64,000 nucleotides of DNA from the human T2T-CHM13v2.0 reference genome, Homo sapiens. Where the stretch lies: positions 8,672,001-8,736,000 of the forward strand of contig CP086569.2 of assembly GCA_009914755.4 (NCBI GenBank), written 5' to 3'. Below are positions 27,108 to 39,597 of the stretch, one piece after another. Position numbers and translations under genes: made by a program. Position 1 is the stretch's first letter. Each line of letters begins with the position of its first letter. A model generated the notes under the pieces. It ran no database searches and was not told the origin of the DNA. It saw only the letters and a program-made list of their open reading frames with translations.

Positions 27108-27835
27108 TGTGAGAGGTGAAGCCACCTGGACTTCCTGGGTCGAGTGGGGACTTACAGAAGTTTTCTGTCTAGCTAAAGGATTGTACATGCACCAATCAGC
27201 ACTCTGTGTGTAGGTGAAAGTTTGCAAATGCCCCAACCAGCACTCTGTAAACAGGCACCAATCAGTGCTCTGTGTCTAGCTAAAGGTTTGTAAACACAAC
27301 AATCAGCACTCTGTAAAACAGACCACCAGCACTTTATAAAATGGACGAATCAGCAGAACGTGGGTGGGAACAAACAAAACAATAAAATCTGGCCACCCCA
27401 GCCAGCAACAGCCACCTGCTTGGGTCACTTTCCACTCCGTGAGAGCTTCATTCTTTTGTTCTTCATAATAAGTCTTGCTGCTGCTCACTCTTTGGGTCTG
27501 CACTAACTTTGTGAGCTGTAACACTCACCACGAGGGTCTGTGGCTTCATTCCTGAAGTCAGCAAGACAGCAAACCCACCAGGAGGAACAAAGAACTCTGG
27601 ACATGCCACCTTTAAGAGCTGTAAAACTCACTGCCCAGGTCTGCGGCTTCACTTATAAAGTCAGCAAGACCAAAAACCTACCAGAAGGAAGAAACTCCAG
27701 GCACATCTGAACATCTAAAGGAACAAACTCCGGACACACCATCTTTAGAACTGTAATACTCACTGCGAGGGTCCATGGCTTCATTCTCGTAGTCAGTGAA
27801 ACCAAGAACTCACCAGAAGCAACCAATTCTGGACA
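27108..27835 (+). mobile_element. ERV9 5' LTR (LTR12 family).
   Basis: The hallmark LTR12 reiterated motif caccaatcagcactctgt occurs in several copies together with gctgtaacactcac/gagggtc.gtggcttcattc blocks. A matching partner lies at 33862-34527. Confidence 0.85.
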
Positions 27836-29113
27836 TACTTTGTTGATCCCGATGGGACACTCACCAAGCGGTGAATACCATCGGACCCCTTTCACTTGCT
27901 ATTCTGTCCTATTTTTCCTTAGAATTCAGAGACTAAATACTGGGCACCTGTTGAACTGTTAAAAGTGACTAGCATGGCCACCAGACTAAAGACGTGAGTG
28001 TCAGGCTTTCTGGGAAAAGGCTCTCTAACAAACCCAGACTCTTTGGAGTTGGGAGTGTTGGTTTGCCTGGAACCAACTTCTGCTCTTCCTGTACTTCTGG
28101 GATGAGCCAGGGGTCAACAGAAAGGAAAGCCATTCAGTTCTGGGGTCCCAACAAGTTGGTGGACCCAGTGGCCATGAGCAGAACTCTCAAAGTCATGTCG
28201 CCCAAGCGAGACTCGCCCATCTATCCTATCTATCCTGATGCTTGCCTCCTGGGTCCTAATGCTTGTCAAACTTCCTCTTGCCTTTCTTCTCCTAGGCTAG
28301 TCCTGCTTCTAAAAACCACTCCTTGTCACTGGTGTTTTCTAGTTTATCCTATAAGAATGATTTCTAGTATAAACTTCAGGGTGCTTTTACCTTCTTTAGC
28401 TACCCAGGCTCACCAATCAGAAAGACATAATTTTTGCCCAAAGCCCCATCAGGGGTTAGGGTTACTATCTGGAATTTTAGGATGCTTCCTTAGACTGGCA
28501 GGCCTAAAATAAGCAATTCCTGAAGCTAGGATATGAAGAGCTTCAGAAATGGTATCTTTCCTATTCATATGAAGACAAAAGGCATCACTCTTCCAACTCT
28601 TGAGATCCCTTCCCTTACTCAGGGTATGGCCCCCCACTTCATATTTGGGGCCTAACATCATTATAGGACAGTTGTAAGATCCCAATACTAACAGGAGAAT
28701 GCTTAGGACTCTACAAGGTTTTCAAGAATGTGTCAGTAGGAGCCACTAAATCCAATTTTTCTTGGTCCCCTGCACCTTTGCCACCCTAGGAGGAGAGGCA
28801 AAGTTGCAGGTTTTTCAGAATGTGTCAGTAAGGGCCACTAAATCCAACCTTTCTCAGTCCTGTTTGTGGTCTAGGAGGAAAACTAATGTTTCTGCTGCTG
28901 CATCAGTGAGTGCAACTGTTCCAATCAGCAGGGTCCAGGGACGATTGTGGGTTTCTGGGCAAGAGGTGTTTCTGCTGCTGCATCAGTGAGTCAACTATTA
29001 TGATCAGCAGGGTCCAGGGACTGTTGTGGGTTCTTGGGCAAGAGGTGTTTTTGCTGCTGCATTGGTGAGCACAACTATTCTGATCAGCAGGGTCCAGGGA
29101 CCATTGTGGGTTC

Positions 29114-29656
29114 TTGGGCAGGGGGAGAAACAGACAAACCAAAACTGCTGGTTGTTTTGTCTTTCAGATGGGAAACTCTCAGGTATCAACAGGCTCACCC
29201 TTGGAATTCATCTTAAGCCACTGGGACCAATATGACCCACAAACCCTGAAAAGCAGGAGGCTCATTTTTTTCTGCACTATGGCCTGGCCCCAATATTCTC
29301 TCTCTGATGGGGAAAAATGGCCACCTGAGGGAAGTATAAATTACAATACTATCCTGCAGCTTGACTTTTTCTGTAAGAGGGAAGGCAAATGGAGTGAAAT
29401 GCCTTATGTCCAAGCTTTCTTTTCATTGAAGGAGAATACACAACTATGCAAAGCTTGCAATTTACATCCTAGAGGAGGACCTTTCAGGTTACCTTCATAC
29501 CCAGCCTCCGCTAATCTCCCTTGCCCAGAAGGAAACAAGAAAAGAAATCTCCAAAGGACCACAAAAACCCCCAGGCTATTAGTTATGTCCCCTTCAAGCT
29601 ATAAGGGGAGGGGAATTTGGCCCAACCAGGGCACATGTCCCCTTCTCCCTCTCTGA
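29114..29656 (+). pseudogene. ERV9 gag remnant, N-terminal/matrix region (180-aa ORF).
   Basis: The ORF begins MGNSQVST. It sits in the expected position between the 5' LTR and pol, and is the longest ORF in the window. Confidence 0.6.
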
Positions 29657-30246
29657 TTTAAAGCAGATCAAGGCAAACCTGGGGAAGTTTTCAGATGATC
29701 CTGATAGGTACATAGATGTCCTACAGGGTCTAGGGCAAACCTTCAATCTCACTTGGAGAGACATCATGCTATTGTTAGATCAAACCCCGGCCTTTAATGA
29801 AAAGATTGTGGCTTTAGCTGCAGCCTGAGAGTTTGGAGATACTTGCTGTCTTAGTCAAGTAAATAATAGAATGACAGCTGAAGAAAGGCTCAAATTCCCT
29901 ACCATTCAACAAGACATTCCCTGTATGGATCCCCACTGGGAAATTGACTCAGATCATGGGGACTGGGAGTCATAAATATCTATTGACCTGTGTTCTAGAA
30001 GGACTAAGGAGAATTAGGAAGAAACCATGAGTTATTCAATGATGTCCAACTTAACTCAGGGAAAAGAAGAAAATCCTTCTGCTTTCCTTGAGCAGCTGTG
30101 GGAGGCCTTAAGAAAATATACTGCCCTGTCACCCAACTAACTCAAGGGTCAGTTGATTCTAAAAGATAAATTTATTACCCAATCAGCCACAGATATCAGG
30201 AGAAAATTCCAAAAGCAAGCCCTGGGCCCTGAACAAAATCTGGAGG

Positions 30247-30249
<3 letters not shown>

Positions 30250-30291
<42 letters not shown>

Positions 30292-30385
30292 ATTTTGAGA
30301 CAAAGTCTTTCTCTGTTGCCCAGGCTGGAGTGGAGTGCAGTGTCACCATCTTGGCTCACTGCAAGCTCTGCCATCTGGTGGCATT
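30250..30385. repeat. (TTA)n microsatellite followed by about 90 bp of truncated Alu, nested inside the ERV9 internal region.
   Basis: (tta) repeated 13 times, then gagacaaagtctttctctgttgcccaggctggagtggagtgcagtgtcaccatcttggctcactgcaagctctgcc. Confidence 0.8.
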
Positions 30386-30779
30386 ATAAAACCTGGCAAC
30401 CTCGGTATTCTGTAATAGGGACCAAGAGGAACAGGCCCAAAAGGAAAAGCGAGATCAGAGACAGGCCACAGCCTTAGTGATGGCCTCAGGCAAACAAATC
30501 TTGGTGGTTCAGAGAGGACAGAAAATGGAGCAGGCCAATCACCTGATAGGGCTTTTTACAAGTGTGGTTTATAAGGACATTTTTAAAAAGATTGTCCAAT
30601 GAGAAAAAGGCCACTCCCTCATCCATATGCACAATGCTGAGGCAATCACTAGAAGGCACACTGCCTCAGAGGGCAAAGGTTCTCTGGACCAGGAGCCCCC
30701 AACCAGATGAACCAACAACAGGACTGAGGGTGACTAGGGAAGCACCAGCTCATATCATCTCCCTCACTGAGCCCCGGGT

Positions 30780-32720
30780 ACATTTAACCATTAAGGACTA
30801 GGAAATTGACTTCCTCCTAGACACTGGTGCAGCCTTCTCAGTGTTAATCTCCTGTCACAGATGACTGTCCTCAAGGTCCATTACCATCCAAGGAATCCTG
30901 GGACAGCCTGTAACCAGGTATTTCTCCCACCACCTCAGTTGTATTTGGGAGACTTTGCTCCTTTCACATTCCTTTCTTGTTATGCCTGAAAGTCTCACAC
31001 CCTTATTAGGGAGGGATATATTAGCCAAAGCTTGAGCTATTATCTACATGAATATGGGGAACAAGTTACCCATTTGTTGTTCCCTATTTGAGGAGGGAAT
31101 CAACCCTGAAGTCTGGGTATTGGGAAGACAATTCAGAAGGGAAAAATGCCTGCCCAATCCAAATCAGTCTAAAAGACCCCACCACTTTTCCTTATCAAAG
31201 GCAATAACCCCTAAGGCCTCAAGCTCATAAAGGATTACAGGATATTGTTAAACATTTAAAAGCTCAAGGCTTAGTAAGGCAATGCAGCAGTCCTTGCAAT
31301 AGCCCAATTCTAGAAGTACAAAAACAGAACCATCAGTGGAGTCTAGTGCAAGATCATAGACTCATCAATGAGGCAGTAATTCCTGTATATCCAGTTGTAA
31401 CAAACCCCTATAACCTGCTCTCTTAAATACCAGAGGAAGCAGAATTTTTCACTGTTCTGGACCTCAAGGATGCCTTCTTCTGTATTCCCCTACACTCTGA
31501 CTCCCAGTTTCCCTTTGCCTTTGAGGATCCCACAGACCACACATTCCAACTTATGTGGATGGTCTTGCCCCAAGGGCTTAGGGATAGCCCTCACCTGTTT
31601 CACTGTGCACTGGCCCAAGATTTGGGCCAATTCTCAAGTCCAGGCAGTCTGGTCCTTCACTATGTGGATGATTTACTTTTGGCTACCAGGTTGGAAGCCT
31701 CATGCCAGTAGGCTACTCTAGATCTCTTGAACTTTCAAGCTAATCAGGGGTACAAGGTCTCTTGGTTGAAGGCCCAGGTTTGCCTGGACCAGGTCAAATA
31801 TCTAGGCTTAATCTTAGCCAGAGGGACTAGGGCCCTCAGCAAGGAATGAATACAGCCTATACTGGCTTATCCTTACCCTAAGACATTAAAACAGCTGTGG
31901 GGGTTCCTTGGAAACACCAGCTTTTGCCAACAATGGATCCATGGATACAGTGAGATGGCCAGATCATTCTATACTCTAATCAAGGACACCCAGAAAGCAA
32001 ATATTTATCTAGTAGAATGGGAACTAGGGCAGAAAGAGCCTTCAAACCCTTAAAGCAGGCCCTAGCACAAGCTCCAGATTTAAGCCTTCCCACAGGACAA
32101 AACTTCTCTTTGTACATCATAGAGAGAGCAGAGATAGCTCTTAGAGTCCTTAATCAGACTCGTGGGACAACCCCAAAACCAGTGGCATACCTAAGTAAGG
32201 AAATTGATGTAGTAGCAAAAGGCTGGCCTCACTGTTTACAGGTGGTTGTGGTGGTGACTGTCTTAGTGTCAGAGGCTATCAAAATAATACAAGGAAAGGA
32301 TCTCACTCTCTGGACTACTCATGATGTAAATGGCAGATGAGGTGCCAAAAGAAGTTTATGGTTATCAGACAATCACCTGCTTAGATACCAGGTGCTACTC
32401 CTTGAGGGAATGTTGTTTCAAATATGCATGTTTTTGGCCCTCAACCCTGCTGTTTTTCTCCCAGAGAATGGGGAACCAATCGAGCATGACTGCCAACAGA
32501 TTATAGTCCAGACTAATGCTGACCAAGATGATATCTTAGAAGTTTCCTTAGGTAATCATGACCTTAACATATTTACCAGTGGAAGTTCATTTGTGGAGAA
32601 TGGGATACAAAGGGCACGTTATGCCATAATTAGTAATGTAACCATACTAGAAAGTAAGCCTCTTCCCCCAGGGACCAGCACCCCATTGGCAGAGCTAGTG
32701 GCACTTACCTGAGCCTTAGA
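30780..32720 (+). pseudogene. ERV9 pol remnants (protease, RT, RNase H). The reading frame is broken and the integrase is largely missing.
   Basis: Protease active site LDTGAAFSVL at about 30810. RT motif LVLHYVDDLLLATR (YVDD) at about 31640-31690. A thumb/connection-like segment (PVAYLSKEIDVVAKGWPHCLQ) at 32017-32340. An RNase H-like segment (TSGSSFVENGIQRARYAIISN...GTSTPLAELVALT) at 32570-32720. Confidence 0.8.
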
Positions 32721-33249
32721 ACTTAGAAAGAGAGAAAGAATAAATATGTATACAGATAGCAAGTATGCTTATCTAATCCTACATGCCTATGCTGCAATAT
32801 AGAAAGAAAGGGAGTTCCTAACCTCTGAGGGAACCCCCATTAAATACCACAAAGAAATTATGGAGTTATTGCATGCAGTGCAAAAACCCAAGGAGGTGGC
32901 AGTCTTACACTGCTGAAGCCATCAAAAAGGGGAAGGGGGGTGGAGAGCAGCAGCCCAAGTGGCTGGCAGAGTCAGGGAAAGACCAGCAGAAAGGAAAGAG
33001 AGAAAGAGATAGAAAGTGACAGAGAGAGAGAGGAAGTGACAGAGAGAAAGAGAGAGAGAGTCAGGGAGGAAGAGACAAAGAAGGACTCAGAAAAAGAGAA
33101 AGAGGGAAACAAACAAGAAGTCAAAGAGAAAGAAAGAGATGGAAGTGCTAAAGTAAAAGCAGTGTACCCTATTCCTTTAAAAGCCAGGATAAATTTCTGT
33201 CTAACCAGCCAAGGCATATTCTTCTTATGTGGATCTTCAACCTACATCT

Positions 33250-33440
33250 GCCTCTCAGACAGTTTTCAAGAAATAACAAAATCTATCCTTACTCTACCAT
33301 CCCAAATAGACTCTGTGGCAGCAATGACTCTCCAAAACCATCAAGGCCTAGACCTCCTCACTGCTGAGAAAGGAGGACTCTGCACCTTCTTAGGGGAAGA
33401 GAGTTGTTTTTACACTAACCAGCCAGGGATAGTATGAGAC
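33250..33440 (+). pseudogene. ERV9 env transmembrane-subunit remnant (immunosuppressive-domain / CX6CC region).
   Basis: LQNHQGLDLLTAEKGGLCTFLGEESCFYTNQPGIV matches the conserved gamma-type TM motif LQNRRGLDLLTAEKGGLCxFLxEECCFY. The upstream part of the same ORF (32990-33150) is a purine-rich (GA-rich) tract giving an artefactual RE/K-rich translation. Confidence 0.8.
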
Positions 33441-33861
33441 AATGACCGGTGTTTACAAGAAAAGGCTTCTGAAATCATACAACAGATTTCAGACTCTTGT
33501 ACCAACCTCTGGAGTTGGGCATCATGGCTTCTACCCTTTCTAGGTCCTGTGACAGCCATCTTGATATTAGTAACCTTTGCATCCTGTATTTTTAACCTCC
33601 TTGTCAAATTTATTTCCTCTAGGATCAAGGCCATCAACCTACAGAGGGTCTTACAACTAAAACCTCAAATGAGCTCAACTAACAACTTCTACCACAGATC
33701 CCTGGATCAACCCACAGGTCCTTTCACTGTCCTAAAGAGTTCCCCTGTGGGGGATATTACAAATGCAGGGCCCCTTCTTTGCACCTATCTAGCAGGAAGT
33801 AGCTAGAGCAGTCATTGCCCTATTCCCAACAACATTTGGGGTGTCCTCTTTAGAGGGGGGG

Positions 33862-34527
33862 GTTGAGAAGTGAAACAAGCAGGACTTCCTGGTTGGAGTG
33901 GGGACTTGGAGAACTTTTCTGTCTAGCTAAAGGATTGTAAATGCACCAATCAGCACTATGTAGAAACACACCAGTCAGCACTCTGTGTCTAGCTAAAGGT
34001 TTGTAAATGCACCAATCAGCACTCTGTAAAGTGGACCAATCAGCATGATGTGGGTGGGGACAAATAAGGGAATAAAAGCTGGCCACCCCAGCCAATAGTG
34101 GCAACCCACTCAGGTCTAGTTCCATGCTGTGGAAGCTTTGTTCTTTTACTCTTCATAATAAATCTTGGAGATGCTCACTCTTTGGTTCCACATTGCCTTT
34201 AAGAGCTGTAACACTCACTGTGAGGGTCTGTGGCTTCATTCCTGAAGACAGTGAGACCACAAACCCACTGGGAAGAATAAGCAACTCTGGACATGCCACC
34301 TTTAAGGGCTGTAACATTCAATGTGAAGGTCTGTGGCTTCACTCCTGAAGACAGTAAGACCATGAACCCACCGGAAGAAAGAAACTCCACACACATCGGA
34401 ACATCTGAAGGAACAAACTCCAGACACATCATCTTTAAGAACTGTAACATGCTCTGTGAGGGTCTGTGGCTTCATTCTTGAAGTCAGTGAGACCAAGAAC
34501 CTAGTGGAAAGAACCAATTCTGGACAC
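33862..34527 (+). mobile_element. ERV9 3' LTR (LTR12 family). Together with the 5' LTR it defines a roughly 7.4-kb provirus at 27108-34527.
   Basis: Collinear with the 5' LTR: gacttcctgg..ggagtggggactt..agaa.ttttctgtctagctaaaggattgta.atgcaccaatcagcac. Both copies end ...gaaccaattctggaca. Confidence 0.85.
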
Positions 34528-36424
34528 AGCTTCCCACTGAGCTTACAACAAGGACCATAGAACTCAACATGGCTGCAGATCCCAAGTGGTCCTGCCTGTT
34601 GCCCTCTCCCATTTAGTCTGCTCAACTGTTTGCAGCCTCATCTGCTCCCACTTTGGGGGCTCTTGATTGTCTTGGGGATTTTGTGTGCATCCTCAATCCA
34701 TTCACCCAGTGCCCACCCTTACCTAATTTATCTAATTTCCTAGGGATTTATCCAACTGAATCCTTAAAGTCACATCAGTTGTGATATCTAACTGTAGAAA
34801 AGTTAATAATGTAATGTTTCTAAAGATAAAGAAATGATTTGTTATTTGTTAGATCATTGATGAGATCACTCTCAATTTAGAAATCAAGAAAATAATAGTA
34901 AATAAAATAAAAGCCCATGTTTGGGATAATAGGTAAAAAAAAGGCTCAGTGCTGAAGACAAATGACAAGACTGATTATTGAAATAACATAAGAATTTATT
35001 GGAGAGACTATTACCTTCCTATATTTTCCAACTGTGTGTTACTACTTACAAGATATTTTATGTTTAAATACTTATATTTTATGTAGTCCATCAATGCAGT
35101 TAACTGATGAAAAGTCCTAGCCCACATCATGATAATCTACATAAATGGTTCTAAACATCCTTAACTGTATAACCTAAAGTAATAAAGTAAGCCTAGACAT
35201 TTAAGCAGGTGAATTATTAATATTTATATATTGAAATTCTGAGAAGGAATGTAAGTATGTCACAGCTCTGGTACAGGACTTGGGACAGTTGTGTAACCAT
35301 GCACCCCATGAACTTAAGGCTCTCTCTTTTACTTCCTACTGGATGGCAAATTCTTAACCGATGGAGACTGAGGGGCAAACTGTCACCTTTATTGGAAACT
35401 CTAGTTAAGCAGAAAAGTCTTCATTTCAGAACATCCTTTCCTGTCAGGTATTTTCTTTTCTCATCCACGGAAACCTGCTACCCAGCCATATTATTACTTT
35501 GACTCAACCTCAGGTGGAGCTAGACAGGACCAATTTTACAACACAGAATCCCATAACTATGAGAAAAGCTAACATATGAAACACTTCATGGTGTAAAACT
35601 TAAATATTTTACTGTTTATCTTTTTATGTAGTTGTTTTCTCTTGCATTTATTTTTGGTGAAGTAAATAAAGTGCAAATCTTCCTTTTTGTGGCATGTCTT
35701 TTCACTTTCTTGATACCGTCTTTCAATGCAAAATATGTTTTATTTTGAGGGAATTTTTTCTTTAGTTGGCTGTATCAGATCTAAGATTTTTGTATCAGAT
35801 CTAAGTCCTAGGTTATGAAGAAGTATCCCTAAGTTTTATTCTAGAGTTTATGTTTTTACCTTTAATAGGTAGGCTTTTGAACCATTGACTGATGAGGAAA
35901 AGATACAATTTTTTTTCTGAATGTGGTTAGTTTGTTGTCTAACAGCATTTGTTGAATTTTATGGTCTTGACTGAATTACAAAATCAATTGACCATAGAGG
36001 TATAGTTGGACTTGACATTCAGTTTCATTGATCTCTATGTGTGTCCTTATGCCAATATTATGCTGTTTTTCTTACTGTTGCTTTTCAGTAATATTTGAAA
36101 TTGAGAAATGTGAGACTCCAAGTTGGTTTTTGTTTTCAAGATTATTTTCACTATTCAGGGTCACTTGAAATTTATATGAATGTTAGGACTGGCTTGCCCT
36201 TTCTGTCAAAATAACTTTGGTATTTTCATAGAAATCACAATGAATTTCTAGATTGCTTTGTGTACTATTGTCATCTTAAAAAAATTATCTTCTAATCCAG
36301 AAACATGGAATGTCTTCACATCTATTCACAGATTCTGGAATTTATTTCAGCAATATTTTGTAATTTTCCATGTCTAAGTCTTGCTCCTTGGTTAAATTTA
36401 TTCTTAAAATATTATTACTGTTGT

Positions 36425-36612
36425 TGTTTTTTTTGTTTTATTTTTTGAGACAGAGTCTTATTCTGTTGCCCAGGCAGGAACGTGGTAATGTGATCATAGC
36501 TCACTGCACCTTTGAACACTTTAGCTCAGGTGGTCCTTCCACATTGGCCTCCCAAGTTACTGGAATTACAGGTGTATATGACTACACCCAACCCATTTTT
36601 TTTTTTTTTTGC
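36425..36612 (-). mobile_element. Partial Alu with a poly-T tail at its right flank.
   Basis: gagacagagtcttattctgttgcccaggcaggaacgtggtaatgtgatcatagctcactgcacc...cctcccaagttactggaattacaggtg. Confidence 0.75.
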
Positions 36613-36894
36613 TGTTTTTAAGGATGAAAAGATGCTTTGCTTTATAATCAATGAAAACATAGTACTTTTAATTGCCCAAAAGTCATAATGCACAAGAACT
36701 CTAAGTTGTATAGTTAACTTCTGGACCATCTGGGTAAAGTTCAAGTGCTTCTTCAAAATTTGTACCTGATAATCTTCCCAAATTGTCCTTAAAGTTCTTA
36801 AATTGTAGCAGTAAAAATAATGACAAGACCAGACACATTTAAACAATACTAAAATTTTTCCAAGGACATAAGAAATTTTAACTCTTATACTGTT

Positions 36895-37160
36895 TGTTTC
36901 TGTGTTTGTTTGTTTGTTTTTTGAGACAGGGTCTCACTCTGTTCCCCAGGCTGGATGCAATGTGCCATCATGGCTCACTGCAACCTCTTACTCTACGGTT
37001 CAATTGATCCTTCTGCTTTAGACTCAGCCACCAACCTGGCCCATTTTAATTTTTTTGTAGAGAAAAGGATGTACCCTGTTGGCTGGGCTCATCTCAAATG
37101 TCTGAGCTCAACTCATCTGACAACCTTGAACTCCCAAAGTGCTGGGATTATAGGCATTGA
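36895..37160 (-). mobile_element. Old Alu (AluJ-like, diverged).
   Basis: gagacagggtctcactctgttccccaggctggatgcaatgtgccatcatggctcactgcaacc...ctcccaaagtgctgggattataggcattgac. Confidence 0.85.
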
Positions 37161-38928
37161 CAAAATGTTTATTACGTCAGGGTCAGTTAAAAAAATCTAT
37201 TTTTTGGCTAAGTTATAAATATACTTATAATGCAATTATTTGTGTAACTCCAGCAATGCTATGGGCAGCTACAAAATCAAAATAGTCTTTTAAAAAAACA
37301 CTAAAAATATCAAAACACCTAGCCCCATTATTTAGTTGTAGAAGAGGTTCATTTATGTCTAATTTTCAGCATTTTCATGTCGTTATTGCTGATTTCAAAA
37401 GCCATATCCAATGGGTAAGGCAAAAGGACCTATGAATTGAGATACTTGTTTATTTCTCAGTTTGTGAAAATCTCCTTAAATTGCTGAGATTGTAAACAAA
37501 TTTAAACTCTATTATGCAAAAAACAGAAGACAATCTTCTTTGTCATTAATTTTGCAGCTACATTGCATACAAGATATGTACTATCTATGAAAAAATACAA
37601 ACTCAACTACAGGTCTTAAACACTGAAAAGAGTTGCCAGTTGATTATAATTTATTTTGTTATATCAATCTAATGTATTTATGTACAATTCGTTGTATTTA
37701 TATAGAATCTGGAAAGTTCACAGCCATCAGCAGTTCTGCAGTTTCAGGTGAAATGGGAATTCAGGAATCTCTGTGGAACTGTGGGTGTAGTGAAATGTGT
37801 AGGTAAAATATTTGCATGCTTTTGGAAGCATTTGTGAAGGGATGTATTTCAAATTGACCTCAACTGTGTCTTTCTCAGCAAAATGATCTGGGACACTCAA
37901 CAAGGGTTTCATTGTTTCTGATGTTTGTGCACGTTCTTCTTTTTACAAGAAATTCAGGGCTCAGAAGATATCCATTTGACATCATGGCATTAGAGCTTTC
38001 ACAACCACTGTAGGTTTTCTCTTCTTCATACATTATGGTTTCAAGTAATTTTATTCTGATTTCCCGGGAGCTTGAAAGGTTTCTGTTTAGCCCCACAGGC
38101 ACTGCAGGGAGGTCCCAATATAGCAGCAAAATGGTTAATTTCTAGCGTACAGAGAAAGATTTTTTGTGTTGATATTTTGTTGTGCTACCTTGCTTAATTT
38201 GTTCACTAGATTTTATAATTTCTTGTTGGTTCCTCCTGGTTTTCTGTGTAGGAGATCTGTGAGTAGTTTTACTTCTTCTTTATACATATGAGTGGCTTTG
38301 TATATATATTTCTTTTCAAATTATTCTAGTGGAACTTTTAGTACAGTGTTGAATACAGTGATGAGAGTGAGCATCAGTGCTGTTCCTCATCTTAAAACTT
38401 TGGTTCCCAACAATTCAGATGATGATTGTTATGGGTTTTGCATAAGGACATTTTGTTATGTGAAAAAATTTGAAACACTGTTTATCGGATTTTGTTATTA
38501 TTAAAATATTTTGACTATCTTTGTGTACTTTCTGAAACAGTTGAGACAAAAGTGATGTTTTTCCATCAGTTACTTTGCATAGTATATCGAAAAGGGATGG
38601 GTTTAGAATGGTGAGAAACCCTTGACTGGCTGAAAAAAGAACTTAATAATTGTGATGTATAATGTTTTCACTATGTACCAAATTCCATGTACTCTTATTT
38701 GGTTAAATATTATGATGTCTATAATTATCAAATTTATTAACATTTAGTTTTTTTCTCCTACTGATACCATATGTTTAATTTAATACACAGTTGGGGTTAG
38801 AAAAAGATATGGTTTGGTGTAATATCATGGGTATTAGGGGTCAGAGTTTTGAGTTGTAGAGGATGTATTTAATATTTTTTGAAGCACGATGGGCAAATAT
38901 TAAGGATAGGATAGAATTTGGGGATTAA

Positions 38929-39213
38929 GCTGGGCTCGGTGGCCCATGTCTATAATCCCAGCAGTTTGGAAGGCCATGGTGGGCAGTTCAGGAGGTCAAG
39001 AGATCAAAACAATTTGGTAAACATGGTGAAACCCCGTCACTACTCAAAATACAAGAAAAAAATTAGCTGGGGTTGGTGACACGTGCCTGTATTCCCAGCT
39101 ACTCAGGAGGCTGAGGCAGGAGAATCACTTGAACCTGTGAGGCAGAGGTTGCAGTAAGCTGAGGTCATGCCACAGCACCCCAGCCTGGCAACAGAGGGAG
39201 ACTCCGTCTCAAA
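38929..39213 (+). mobile_element. Alu on the plus strand. Its A-tail has expanded into the adjacent GAA tract.
   Basis: gctgggctcggtggcccatgtctataatcccagcagtttggaaggcc...cagcctggcaacagagggagactccgtctcaaag. Confidence 0.92.
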
Positions 39214-39555
39214 GAAAAAAGAGAGAGAAGAAAGAAGAAGAAGAAGAAGAAGAAGAAGAAGAAGAAGAAGAAGAAGAAGAAGAAGAAGAAGAAGAAGAAG
39301 AAGAAGAAGAAGGAGGAGGAGGAGGAGGAGGAGGAGGAGGAGGAGAAGGAGGAGAGGAAGAGACGAAGAAGAAGAAGAAGAAGAAGAAGAAGAAGAAGAA
39401 GAAGAAGAAGAAGAAGAAGAGGAAGAGGAAGAGGAAGAAGGAGAAGGAGAAGAAGAAGAAGAAGAAGAAGAAGAAGAAGAAGAAGAAGAAGAAGAAGAAG
39501 AAGAAGAAGAGAAGAAGAAGAAGAAGAAGAAGAAGAAGAAGAAGAAGAAGAAGAA

Positions 39556-39587
<32 letters not shown>

Positions 39588-39592
39588 AAGAT
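39214..39592 (+). repeat. Long (GAA)n trinucleotide tract of about 125 triplets, with GGA/GAG interruptions in the middle.
   Basis: Uninterrupted gaagaagaa... runs are separated by (gga)n/(gag)n blocks. The Arg/Glu/Lys ORF at 39167-39604 is a translation artefact. Confidence 0.97.
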
Positions 39593-39597
39593 TTTGG

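Noticed and set aside
27836-27900. Attempt to read a primer-binding site and TSD for the ERV9 provirus.
   Set aside because: I could not recognise the expected tRNA-complementary 18-mer from memory. I could not find matching short flanking duplications either. The LTR edges are therefore reported only approximately, and no TSD is claimed.
32940-33437. 165-aa ORF that could be taken as an intact small protein.
   Set aside because: The N-terminal half is a GA-rich simple-repeat artefact. Only the C-terminal third is a genuine, fragmentary ERV9 env-TM motif. It is not an intact gene.
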